This document shows positions 13,801 through 27,267 of a stretch of 64,000 nt of DNA, in pieces. Position numbers and translations under genes: made by a program. Positions within the stretch are counted from its first letter, which is position 1. The number at the start of each line of letters is the position of its first letter. The notes below the pieces were generated by a model. It searched no databases. It saw only the letters and a program-made list of their open reading frames with translations, and was not told the DNA's origin. This stretch comes from Antedon mediterranea. Lineage: Eukaryota; Animalia; Echinodermata. The stretch is from contig NC_092679.1 in the NCBI RefSeq assembly GCF_964355755.1, positions 24,983,722 through 25,047,721 of the forward strand, read 5' to 3'.

Positions 13801-15354
13801 AAATTTCTAATGAGCTGTACAGAAATATAGCAAATATGTAAGGCATCTGAATAAATACACCACATGAGTTTAATCAGCCAATCAGTATTAAGTTCATATC
13901 TGCCATGGAATTTTTTATGTAATGTGATTTCTCTACAGTAGGTAGTAGAATATTGATAGACAATTTTTTCTACTAATAGGCTTTAATCAAGCTTCATTTG
14001 CATATTCTTCTTCATTAGTATAATGTGAATTGGGTTTTCAATATCAATCATATAGCACATGCAAACAATTTTAGATCTTTGATATCTTTTATTATAGTCT
14101 ATATTAACTATAATAATATTGCATTGGTTGCATTTTATTCCAAATGGGCATAAAATTAGAAGGGAAAGCAATCATTATTCTTTTTAAAAATCCTGTTATT
14201 ACAGTAATTTGTTTCAAAATTAATAGTTTTCTCACAAGAAGTGTGCCACTGTTTCAAAAGTGTAGCTTCCAAATAAATTATTATTAATGTGATAATAGTG
14301 GCAAGAATGTTGACTCTAGATTGTCTTTCAAAAATTGAATGTTTCCAGCAACCAATTGTTCATATTTTTTACATCCTTATTTGTATTTTTGTCGCTATTT
14401 TAGAAAGACATTTTAAAGAGGAGAGGTCAAAAGGCACAGAATTACTCAATTACTTGCTCATGCATGACTTCATAGATTTATAGCATCCTTGTAATACATT
14501 AATTATTATGAAACATCTTGCCTGTGCATTTGCTGCCTCATTAACATAATTATTGAATCATACAACTTGTGCTGAATACGATCTTCCTACATTGTAATGT
14601 ATGCTGATGACAGATAACATCACAATATCATCAAAAGAGTGTAGTGTTGAATTGTGTTAACAATTCTTAATATTTAATTACTTCTTACTTTACTTTTTTT
14701 TTCTTCAAATAACAGTATTGTATTTTAAGATGCTTTGGATACTGATTTGATATATAATATTATTAAAAAGGATCTGTTGTAGGCCTACTGGAAATGTTTA
14801 TATGAAATTTGAACATTACTGTCATCTTTGGCCAGAATTGGGTCTAAATGGTGACCTTTCCCCACTCTGCCTACATTTTTTCGATCTAATTTAAGGTCAC
14901 ACATATATATCATAATAAAAAAATAAAAAAAACTATTTATGGGCCTTTTGCAATAAATGTTTTCGCTTGCGGATTTATATTTTCGTTTTGCTTCTGTTAT
15001 GCACCCTCTTTCGATTGATCTTTAAAAAAAGCAAAAAAATTAAAAAACTGTAACTTTTTGGCGAAAATAATAGATTCTGGCAAAAAAGTTAATTAATGTT
15101 TTTTTTTTTTTTTGCATTTGTTTGGCTATTTAATTTTTTTTTTTGCTTTTTGGCCAAGCGGAGCCAGCTAGCAAAAGGCAGGGTGAAATACCTTGTTATT
15201 CTTTCTATGAAGATTTTATTAAATAACTTCCCAGGGCTAATAATAAACCAGTAATTGGTTATCCGCACTTGGCGGATAACCCCTTGTTATTGTCAGGATC
15301 TTTTTTTTTTTTGGTTATCCGCACTTGGCGGATAACCCCTTGTTATTGTCAGGA

Positions 15355-15386
<32 letters not shown>

Positions 15387-18300
15387 CTATGTTCTTCTTT
15401 CTTTCCACGAATTTTGTTGGTCGCATATCTCTAATTCTGGCCAACATAAGATTGTATAACTTTGTCATAAGATTGACCTATAGCTGTAGATGTGCAGCCA
15501 AGCTTTTGGACGATTTTGGAGTTGCGCAGCGTAAGTTACGCGCGATTTTGTGAATTTCAATGATTGATCATAGAATAAAAACTAAAAGTCGTTTTGTATT
15601 GAAACTTGGTGAACATTTAAGTCATATAATGCGCAAACTTCCTATGGATTAAAAATGGCATGTTTCACAAAAAGTTACGCGCGCACGCGCGTTTAAAATT
15701 TCAAATTGCGAAAAATCAATATCTAATCAACTTTCTACGCGTTTCATGTCATTTTAAGCATTTCGAAAATTCCCACGCGTGCGCAATTTTTTTACGCGCA
15801 CGTGCGCATGTAGCGCAAAAACATCATTTTTTTGCTTGATTTTTGTTTTTCCTGTCTTTTTTAGAAAATTTACCGACTTTCAAACAATTTCGACTCAAAA
15901 TCACGTCATACGAGCACGTATAATTAAACAATTTACGCGCATTTTTGATGAAAAAGTTCAAAAATTAGTCAAAATTATGCCTTTTTTAAACAGTCATAAA
16001 TTCTAAACTACGTGGTGAACTTTTTTATAATTACATATTCTGGTAGTAGATGAGTTGCAGATATCAAATCATGCATCAATATGGCTAACCAGACATTGTG
16101 ACGTCATCGTATGGCCATTCGAATATAAAATATAGGATTTTTGTCTCTTTCCTCGTAGCTCGTCACTATTAATATAGCGCATCTCCACTTATATGTATTC
16201 CATTTCCCCCCATTTTTTTTATGTTGTCTAGGTCTATTAATTATCTTTCGCACGATTCACCATTTTCAAAATTGTGATGACGTCATCATGTTCAAAAGCG
16301 TCAATAACTTTGTTCACTTATTTTCACCTATTCTGCACTGTATGTAGTACGTATACAGTATATAGTGTATACCGTATATACTCAGACGTGACGAAAAATA
16401 AAGAGCACGCTGAAATTGTTTCAATTACTTAATCGTTTTTCTGCGCGCAATATTTTAACGTATGACGTGCACGTGGCCTTTGCGCTGCGGATAACCTAAC
16501 TCGTCCGTAGTGACGAGTTCAAATCTAGTTCTATGTTCTTCTTTCTTTCCCAGAATTTTGTTGCTAGTGTATCTCTAAATCTTCTCAACATAACATTGTA
16601 TAACTTTATCAGAAGATTGACCTCTATCTGAAGATGTCGTAATAAGGTTTTCGGTCTCGTCCGAGTTGCGCAGCGTAAGTTGCGCGCGATTTTATGAATT
16701 TCAATGATTGATCATAGATTAAAAACCAAAAGTCATTTTGTATTGACACTTGGTGAAAATTTAAGTCATATGAAGGGGAAACTTTCTATGGATTAAAAAT
16801 GGCATGTTTCACAGAAAGTTACGCGTGCGTGCACATGTAGCGCAAAAAACATCTATTTTTGCGTGATTTTTGTTTTTTCAGCCTTTTTTAGTAATTTTAC
16901 CAACTTTCAAACAATTTTGACTTAAAATCACGTCATACGAGCACATAGAATTGGACAATTTGCGTGCGTTTTTTATGAAAAAGTTCAAAAATTTGTGAAA
17001 ATTATGCCTTTCTTAAAACAGTCATAGATTGTAAACTACGTGGTGAACTTTTTTAAAATTACATATTCTGGAAGTTGATGAGTTGTAGATATCGAATCAT
17101 GCATCGATATGGCTAACCGGACATTGTGACATCATCGTATGGCCACTCGAATATGAAATATAGGATTTTTGTCTCTTTCGTCATAGCTCGTCACATTTAA
17201 TAGAGCGCATCTCCTTTATTCGTATTCCAATTCCCTCAATTTTTTTATTATTGTCTAGGTCAATCGATTATCTTTCGCATGATTCACCATTTTTAAAATT
17301 GTGATGACGTCATCATGTTCAAAAGCGTTAATAACTTTGGTCACTTGTTTTCACCTATTCTGCACTGTATGTAGTACGTATACAGGATATAGTGTATACT
17401 GTATATACTTAGACGGGACACAAAATAGAGAGCACACTGAAATTGTTTCAATGGCATAATCGTTTTTCTTTGCGCAATATTCTAACGTATGATGTGCCGT
17501 GGCCTTTGGTGCCGTGGCCTTTGCGCTGCGGATAACCTAACTCGTCCGAAGTGACGAGTTCGAATCTAGTATTGTTATTTATAATTTTAAAAGCTTCTCA
17601 GCACATTGAAAACAAGTACTTTGGATTATATCGCTTAACGAACCAGCTATTGCCTACATGATTACAAAAATATGTGATTGTTGACATAGGGATGTAATCA
17701 AATAAACCACAGTGAATAAGGGACATATTTATTGTGTAATTAAAACTCCTTGATGGAGTAAAAATATAAGTTACTTCTAGTTTAGTTAATGTTCTGTTAT
17801 TTTAATATTACTCTATCAAAGATTTTTTTTTCTTTTAGGAAATATATTGAAATCAACATTATTGATGATGAAGAGTATGAAAAGAATGTGGACTTTGCTA
17901 TTGAGCTGGGAACTCCGTCACTGGTCAAAAGAGGTAATGGTAGTGGTATGTGTCTCTTTTTGTACTAACTTTTCTAATAATAATATTCATTCATTACATG
18001 TACTGTACATGATGTCAGTTTATCTTGCATATGGATTTAGTTTGTCCAATTGTCTGATTCTGCTTCTCTTTTGCTACTATAATAACAATAATAATAATCT
18101 TAGTGTCAACAAAAACACACAAAAGTATAACTATTTAATCAAAGCTGATCACCATATAAATGTACATACTTAACATGATTTCTTGAATAAAAAAGTTACA
18201 ATGTAGAGAAAATTAGTAAGCAGGATTAACAAAAATCAAATTTAATATAATAACAATCCAAATAAACTAATAGTGCTAGCAATATATAAACCAGAATGTT

Positions 18301-21300
18301 TGATCAGCGCTATTGTTCAGATTTTGCGTCTGAAATATACTGTAGTTCTGTTTGACTCTGACTTTCACGATGGAATGGCTCGATTAGTTCATTGTCTGAA
18401 ATATACTGTAGTTCTGTTTGACTCTGACTTTCTAATGGAATGGCTCGATTAGTTCATTGTCTGAAATATACTGTAGTTCTGTTTGACTCTGACTTTCTAA
18501 TGGAATGGCTCGATTAGTTCATTGTCTGAAATATACTGTAGTTCTGTTTGACTCTGACTTTCTAATGGAATGGCTCGATTAGTTCATTGTCTGAAATATA
18601 CTGTAGTTCGGTTTGACTCTGACTTTCTAATGGAATGGCTCGATTAGTTCATTGTCTGAAATATACTGTAGTTCTGTTTGACTCTGACTTTCTAATGGAA
18701 TGGCTCGATTAGTTCATTGTCTGAAATATACTGTAGTTCTGTTTGACTCTGACTTTCTAATGGAATGGCTCGATTAGTTCATTGTCTGAAATATACTGTA
18801 GTTCTGTTTGACTCTGACTTTCTAATGGAATGGCTCGATTAGTTCATTGTCTAAAATATACTGTAGTTCTGTTTGACTCTGACTTTCTAATGGAATGGCT
18901 CGATTAGTTCATTGTATTTTCACTGTTCTACCTCCCTGTAACTTATTCAGTTTTTGATATACTGTACTTTTCCCATTATCAAAGTCGTAGTCCTTTGGAA
19001 ATAAAATTGCTAAATTGAGTAGGCAAAAGAACATCATACCATATTGTAGAAAAACATAAACCTACAGTTGTGTCTTTGTAGTGGCAATGTCTGATTTGCT
19101 ATTTTTATACTATTATAGTATCATTTCAATGCCCTCAAAATTGTTGTTTTAATACTTACAAGAATGTTCTTCTTAAACTACAGGTATGAAATTGTTGGGA
19201 TATTATTATACAATAATTTAGGGTGTATCATAGATCGTAAACTTGAAATCAAATACAGATAAATGGATCTGGTATTAAATCATATTAAAAAAATGTTTTT
19301 TTTTGGGGGGGGGGGGGAAATTAAAACTCTAAATATTTATATTATTTTTATGATTATTGAAAGAAAGATAAACAAAAAATATTTCAAACAAAAAACTTGG
19401 TGGGTGGATGCACATACGTCACAATATTCATGACTTGGTTTTAGTTGGTGTTATTTCTAGATATTTTGTGCTTTTATAGGTGCTGATGATCATGAATATG
19501 ATATGCAAAATGCAATAATGAATATGACAGATGATGATCAGCGCATTGCTGATTTGGGGTTGCCTCAACTTGGAGAGAACACCAGAATTCAAGTAAGAAT
19601 AATGGAAAGCCAAGAATTTAAGGTATGTTCGATTTTTACTCCTTTTCATATTTTAAAAATTGAATAGAGAAGAAATATTGGTGAAGAAATTGTTAAAAAG
19701 ATTAAAAACAGTTCAGTACATGTGTGACCATTATCAGGGTGTTGAGTAATTGGTCAGATGTTTGACCATTATCAGGGTGTTGAGTAATTGGTCAGATGTT
19801 TGCCTAATTCTAACGTAATTTGTACTTCATATAAAGTACATTGAAAATAGTTATCAAGTAATTCTCTGGTGGAACACACAAAAACAAGTAAAGCTACTCC
19901 ACAGTAGTTACAAACAATTACTGTACAATCCTGTTGGTGCAGTACCCGCTACATATTCAAGACATTCTACATCTCCTAAAGGATGCGATGACAGAATGCT
20001 CAAAATGCATCACAGATGATCCATTCTTCTTGTAGCTTATGGATACCACATCACAGCTGTTTCAATAATACAAATTAAGTCATGCACCCTCAACGTTACA
20101 CCACATAGATTCAGAACATTAGATGAATTAATCCAAAATGTAATCATGTTATGGAGCGTTTTGGTACGTTATTTAGTAGAAATGGCCGTGATACAACACT
20201 GAAGTCCGAGGTGGATATCGTCATAATTCATTTGCTTATTATTGTAAACGCTGCTTAGTAAATAGTAATAGTAGAAAATCTATCAAATTTTTGCCGACCA
20301 TATTTTGACTGAAATTTTATGGATTCTGTATATGTGGACGAAATTATTTGTTTGCTTTTAGAACACTGTGGATAAACTGATTAAGAAAGCGAACCTATCT
20401 CTTGTTGTTGGTACATCATCATGGCGTGAGCAGTTTACAGAAGCCCTTGCTGTCAGTGCTGGTAAGACATCTTAATCCCCTGCTTACTTTGCAAAATGAA
20501 CAATTCTTAATTTGTACCAATTTCAATCTATATTTGTTTCAAGGTATAATTTAATAGAGGTAACATTTTACATGGTTAAATATATGTTCTTGTTGTAGGA
20601 ACTAAATAAGCTTTAAGATTAGGTTTAGGTTCAGGAACAATCGAATGGAGGGAGACATTTTGTTGACAAAACCCAAACGCACGGATCCATGTCTGTATTT
20701 CCATTCCACATTAGTAAACCAAATAAGTTATTGCAGCTTCGGTTTGTTGATTTGATTTAATCTAGCTTTGATTAAACAAGATGTAAAATGAAAATGTAAT
20801 ATCCAACAGGATATGACACAAGAAGTTTATATTTTAGATTGACTATGTAAGAATTATTGAAATATTGAATTGTTTTTACAGGAGATGAAGAAGGAGATGA
20901 CAGTGAGGAAAAACTACCATCATGTTTAGATTATGTAATGCACTTCCTTACCATATTTTGGAAAATCTTGTTTGCATTTGTTCCACCAACGGATATCTGG
21001 GGTGGTTGGGCATGTTTCTGTGTTTCCATCTGTATGATTGGAATTCTAACTGGTGTGATAGGCGACTTGGCTTCATCTTTTGGATGTACTATACAATTAA
21101 AAGACAGTGTAACAGCTATATCATTTGTTGCACTCGGCACTAGTGTTCCAGGTTAGTAAATTTTTTCATCAATCTATTTTTAGAATAAATAATTTACAAT
21201 TAACTTTATCAAAACTGCAAAATGGCCTCTTCAAAGTCTGATTTTTTTAATCTTCATGTTTTTGGGGAGACAATACATTTTTAAAATAATATCTATCCAA

Positions 21301-22374
21301 AAAGTTTTGTTTCTATCTATAGGATCTTAAATTCCCTACATTTTTAGAGCACAATAATAAGTTTTACCAGTTTTGTTTCTATCTATAGGATCTTAAATTC
21401 CCTACATTTTTAGAGCACAATAATAAGTTTTACCAGTTTTCACCCATTTTTATGGATTTTGACTGACTTAACAATTTGTGTGTATAAGCCAAATATTAGC
21501 AAGTCTGCTAAATGTCTAGTATTTAAATGTGAGTGTATGACTGAGATTATAATTCAGTTCTTAGGGTATGTTCACACATATGGCATAAGGCTAGTATAAA
21601 TTGTACTATTATACTGACGATAACTCACTACGCCATTTCGTTGCTGTTATTACATGACATCTTAGCTATTGCCATAGAGCTTACTCAAGTGATGCTAGAA
21701 TACTTACGAAATAGGTTTTTTCATCAAGTATACAGTATAGTACTTTGATTGGTACTATAATAAACAGTAAACAAGCTGTACATCTAAAGGTATGGTGCAA
21801 GAAAATATCTTTCAGAAAAGAATTGTGGTCATGAATTGGAAATCAAATTCTGGCAATAAAAATGGGCACAAAAGAGTCCTCCGTCATCGTGTCTAGCCAG
21901 CCTTACACCATATGTGTGAACCATAGGTGAGTGAAAACGTGCAAGGAATACTTTTCTTTCTTTTTAAGTAATGTTTAATGTTGCTTTTTTTTAGATACCT
22001 TTGCCAGTAAAGTTGCAGCTGTAGGTGACAAGTATGCAGATGCATCTATTGGTAATGTGACTGGAAGCAATGCAGTAAATGTGTTCCTGGGTATAGGAAT
22101 TGCCTGGTCATTGGCAGCAATATATCATGCAATAAATAGTCAAAAATTTACTGTTGAAACTGGTTCACTTGGTTTTTCGGTAACTCTTTTTACATTATTT
22201 GCCTTGGTTGTCATTAGTGTTCTGATGGTTAGGCGCAAAGTATCCTCAATTGGTGGTGAATTGGGAGGCCCAAAAAACTTCAAGATGCTAACTACAATTA
22301 CATTTGTCATGATTTGGATGCTCTACATTATGTTATGTAGTTTTGAGGCATATGGTTATATTGAAGGATTTTAA
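10851..22374 (+). CDS. SLC8A: Sodium/calcium exchanger (SLC8/NCX family), ~918 aa; join(10851..12619,17839..17933,19480..19622,20362..20461,20882..21151,21995..22374)
   Basis: Signal-peptide-like N-terminus, alpha-1 repeat ([10 protein letters not shown]...GSAAFN), XIP-like [13 protein letters not shown], two Calx-beta domains ([21 protein letters not shown]), SSWREQF, alpha-2 repeat (ALGTSVPDTFAS...[14 protein letters not shown]), C-terminus YGYIEGF*. All introns are GT-AG and in phase; total 2757 nt. Upstream acceptor at 10677/10678. Confidence 0.96.
15255..17570 (+). mobile_element. Helentron-associated (HINE/DINE-1-like) element, outer copy
   Basis: 5' palindrome ggttatccgc-acttg-gcggataacc at 15257, then poly-T. 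The body resumes at ~16530. 3' subTIR tgcggataacc, hairpin aactcgtc-N6-gacgagtt, and CTAG at 17566-17569. Confidence 0.75.
15311..16529 (+). mobile_element. HINE-like element, inner copy inserted in the poly-T of the outer copy
   Basis: Has its own 5' palindrome at 15313, subTIR at 16486-16496, hairpin at 16498-16519 and CTAG at 16525-16528. The body is homologous to 16530-17570. Confidence 0.75.
18329..18915. repeat. 65-bp minisatellite, 9 near-identical copies, in an NCX intron
   Basis: Unit tctgaaatatactgtagttctgtttgactctgactttctaatggaatggctcgattagttcattg at 18329, 18395, 18460 ... 18850. Confidence 0.97.
21565..21927. mobile_element. Old MITE with degenerate ~30-bp TIRs (possibly PIF/Harbinger-like)
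   Basis: tatgttcacacatatggcataaggctag versus ctagccagccttacaccatatgtgtgaaccata. TSD unclear. Confidence 0.5.
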
Positions 22375-25300
22375 AGATAACTGCTGTCCGATTAAATCAA
22401 AATGTGAATTGTTGAAAATCCAATTACATAGAAAATAGCAATAGAGAAACTTGGGTACATTATGCAAGTATTATTCAATAAATTCAGATGTCTTTGTTTT
22501 GAGTGGTTCTATTATTATTGAAATTATCAATTGTTTTTTTTTTATTTACAAACCCATTTGCTGTACACAAGAAAGTACATTTATCTTATGTTTGTGGATA
22601 TCAAACTACTGTAGTAATACATTTCTATTAAAAGAAAAACATACTTATTCTGTTAGAATAATTTTGAATTGATAAAATGTATGCATAATGTATTTTATTT
22701 ATTCCAGTGAATCATTTATAGATAGATGATAATGTATTAACTGTACTGTAGGTTAAATCTATTTTCCAATTAATTTTACAAACCAAATAATTAAAGTAAG
22801 CCTCTGGCATAATGATGTGCTGTGCATGTATTAGGGATTTGTAGGTTTGTTTGGCTGAAATTGTAGTGCAATTTTAATGTAGGCAATATAATATTATTTA
22901 AAGATTAGATTTATTTATTAAGCTTTGATAAGTAAGTTACAAATGTTATTCTCTGAGTGCCTGAATGTTGGAATTACAAATCAATATTTCATGTACTTTG
23001 TGAATCTGTAAAGAATTAGTATAAGTTGAAACATTAATGCATAAATAACATTTAACAGTACTCCTATAATTACTATAGTTCTTAGCTCCTATATAATACC
23101 CCTTCTACATTATCACCACTACACTCAGTTGATTCAACACACCGGGATGTCAAGCTCTGTGATCATGGACAGTCAACTAGTTCCCAATAACTGAGCTGGA
23201 TCGAGGCAGAATTCTTCCTGGGAAAGTCCTTTGATTTACTCAACTTGTGTCAGTGAAATTAGTTGTACAACTTGCAAACTCCAAATGGATAATGTCAAAT
23301 TTTAACATTTTCAGGTTCCATGCTATATTAATTATATTTTTCACTAAAAATAGTTTGGTGACACATTTAAAGACACATTCTCAACATTTTTTCAGTCTAT
23401 TTTAAGGTCACAACCTATATTTTTTTGTAAAAATGAATCCTATGTGGACCTATTGCGATACTTTTTTGTTCTAACATTGTATCACCTTGTCAACTCATGT
23501 TGATGAAGGGAAAACACATGATCAATGTAATGTTTTGTTGTAACATTGTATCACCTTGTCAACTCATGTTGGAAAACACATGATCAATGTAAAATTTTAC
23601 GAATATAACCTGATAACATAAATAATAATTAAAGCAGCAACCTCAAAAACGTTTGTCGCAAAAAAGTCTCCCTTGTTTATTTCACTCGCAATGTATTTTA
23701 TGAGCTAGGCCTAAAACGATTTACTTCCTAGCTTGACTGTCGATTTTGCTGTTTGAAAATTGGCCCAGATCCAATCCTATAAAAATGAGATCATTTCTTG
23801 GAAAAAAAAGACTATATTGCTAGAGTACGATGTTTGTAGGTTACCACTAAGTTTAGAGCCTACGTTACTAGCCTAGGTAGAGAACATTGACATGAACTAC
23901 ACTTCAAGTACATTCTTTTTCTCTTTTTATCATAATTAATCATAGAACATACATTTAAGAAAGGTTTAATGTTTTTAAAGTAATACAGGTTATATGCATT
24001 ATTTTTACACCAAAAAAAATGCAGGGAATGTGTCTTTAATTTGCTTATAATTATGACTCTTGATTGTAATTTCTTATGTAAATAATCTAATGTACATATT
24101 TTGTTTTTCACCATCGGCAATCATTGTAGTATATAAGGATCCAACCAGGTTCTTCACATAAATGGAGATGGTCTCTCCAAGATCAAATCAGTGGTTGACA
24201 GTGTAATAGAGGTATTACTTGAGAAACCCAACTGCCAGTAGGTTATAGATTTCAGAAAAACAAATTTAAAAAACAAACTTAATTGAAATATGAATGTTGG
24301 ATATTTATTATACTGTATATATATGGTATGTAGGAATGGTACAATTTTTGCATAAAATCTATTATGTAATAATAATTCCCTCTTGTTGACATTTAACATA
24401 TAACCAACAAAATTAATAGCATGCTTATCCTATTTCATTAATATTTATATTATACTGTAAAAAGATCTGATAATTATTAAAGATATCTTTTCCTCCTGAA
24501 ATTTATAATTTTTTGTTGAATTGTCCTTTTTAATTTCACATAATAGACTTTGACCAAAAATTGGATCAGGAAAAAAAATGTATCTGATAAAACCTGAAAG
24601 CCTGTCTGCGAGTCAATGGGTTTTTGATGAAATTTGACCTTTTTTTGTAAATCATTTTTTTTAATTAATTAATAACTTTATTAAATATACAAAGTGATGT
24701 ATATGAATGGTATTTCTCTAGAAATTATATAATAATAATTCATAATAATGGTACACAAACAAACTTTATTAAATATACAAAGTGATAATAATTCATAATA
24801 ATGGTACACAAACAAACTTTATTAAATATACAAAGTGATAATAATTCATAATAATGGTACACAAACAAACTTTCCAGTTTAATGGATTAAGATTTATTAC
24901 TGTATTGATAAATATTGTAAATTTGTTTCAGTGAACTTGAATATGTAATATTGTAAAAAATTGCAATTTCCCATACAGAGGAGACATTTAACATTATACA
25001 GTAATAAATTTAAATACATTTAATGTTTTTAAATATAACATTTTTATCACATATGCTAATTAATTCAATGACATTAGCTTTAAGATATTGCATCCAGTCA
25101 GTAAGTTTGTTTTGATGTGTTAAAATATAGATAGTTAGAGTGAAGTGTTTAATGCCACATCGCCAACTCATCAAATGCACAAATGAATTTGATTTCTACT
25201 GTATGTAGTGTATAGGACATTTTTCTATGTATGATGTAGGCCTGCATTTGGTTATAGTAACAGGGTGGAAACAGTGTCATATATAACTGACCATGTTCTT

Positions 25301-27267
25301 CCCCAAACTTATAGAAAATAAATACATATATTAAAAAAAAATCAATTTTTTACTTATAATTATATATTGGCAGTACTGAATTATTTAATAAATATAATGT
25401 GTGTCAGTGTGGTATGTACAGTGTATACTCATGGATTCCTTATGAGTATGTGTGCGTAGAGTTTATAAGATTTCATTCTATTCTAAAAGGGTGTTAACTT
25501 ATATGACAGAATAATATTTAAAAGGCTTGTATGCCACAATTGCATTTTAAGAGCAATTATTTAAAATATTTTTAGCTGTGCAATATACCCATCAATACAG
25601 ATAGTATTACATATTCTATTATGTATGTATTACTGTGCAATACAATTGCATGTCATTTAATTATATAAACAACGTATTTATTCATGGTAGAGCTATTTTA
25701 GGAAGTCTTATGTGATTTGAATATACACTAGGCCTATAATAAAGTAATAATGCAGTAATGATTTGTGTAATTATTTATAATGTATTGGACCCCAATGATT
25801 CCGTGACAATAAATGCCAAGATTGCATTGTGAGATTTCATTTGTTAAATTGCTTGAGCAGTACATACAATGGCATTCTAGTATTGTGTAACTAAGGCAAT
25901 TCAATTTAACTATAATAACTATCTCTATATTACATTATTTTACTAGTTTATATTCAGGTATATTATGAATAATGTATTTAGTTTATTCAACTTTCAATAT
26001 GTACTGTACGATTTTGCGATAGTATAACACAATATATATTTGTATATAAAATAGAATTCCTCTTTCCTCATTTTAAAATGTATAATTATATTTTTTTTTG
26101 ATTATATGTTTATTACATTTAACTGGAATTTATAAAAAACCCCAAAACCAGAAACCCTCCAGCATAATTGTTTTTTTCATGAAAAGCAATTGTTTTAACT
26201 GGTGCTTTATTATTTAACTGCTATATAACCTGGTTTTAAATAACTTTATTTGATGATTATGTTTGAACTGTCAAATTTAGTGTGATACAAAATATCAAGG
26301 TAAAGTTACCATATTACTACAGTAATTTATTCTTATTATATATAGTCAGATGTGGTAACATTGATAATGATATCAAACACCTTCAAATCCAATTGATGCT
26401 CACTGTTAATACATTATAAACATAGTTTAAGGCTGGTATCAGCTTGATTTTTGTACTGAAACCTTGCTGTGTTGTGATAACTGACTGCCAACCTGCTGTG
26501 AATGCTTTCTTCAGAAATCTTTGTATTTCAAAGTCAATTAAAGAGTACATGCAATCTAAAATCAGTCTGGTATTTTCTTTATATAGGTTATCTGCACTAT
26601 TATATACTTTTTTTCTTTCTTATGCATTTAAATTGGGTAAATGCAACAATTATAAATAATAATTAATGCATAAATAAAGACTATTATGATCTATCTTTGA
26701 GTTAAAAATATGCATGGAATTTGGTACAAATGTCAATGACAGTCGGTTTCTTGACATATAAGCTCTAGGTGCCAGTAGCCGGCCTGACTTGTTCTTATAA
26801 AATCTCACATGTATTAGATGTTTCTTATTTTCTAAAATTTTACTTAATTTACTTTTAAGACCTGTTTTTCATAAAGATATCTTAAATCATTAACCGTACA
26901 ACCAATTATATTTGATCTATCAATCTTAGTATTCATGAGACCTTTCTTGTGTGTTTTATTTAAATTACCGAAAATTATCCAAACCAGGAAATAGATAACT
27001 AGTACTGATTGAATCACTTTCCTAGAATAATTTAAAAGTACAGTAATTTTAATAATAATAACAACATCTAACATTAAACTTATTTAGGTTTCTGAGGAAA
27101 TATAACCTTTGGTGACCTTTTTTGATTATCTTGGCCGTATTTTTTTCAGAGCTGAGTTGATCATCACTATGTGTACTGTACCAGGATATTTGGTTTCACA
27201 CGTACGTTCATGTCTGTTCATTACCTATGATGTTTTCTTTTTAGATTAAAAAAAAAATGTATCTTAA

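Noticed and set aside
19850-20140. Possible decayed LINE 3' fragment
   Set aside because: Only faint, frameshifted resemblance.
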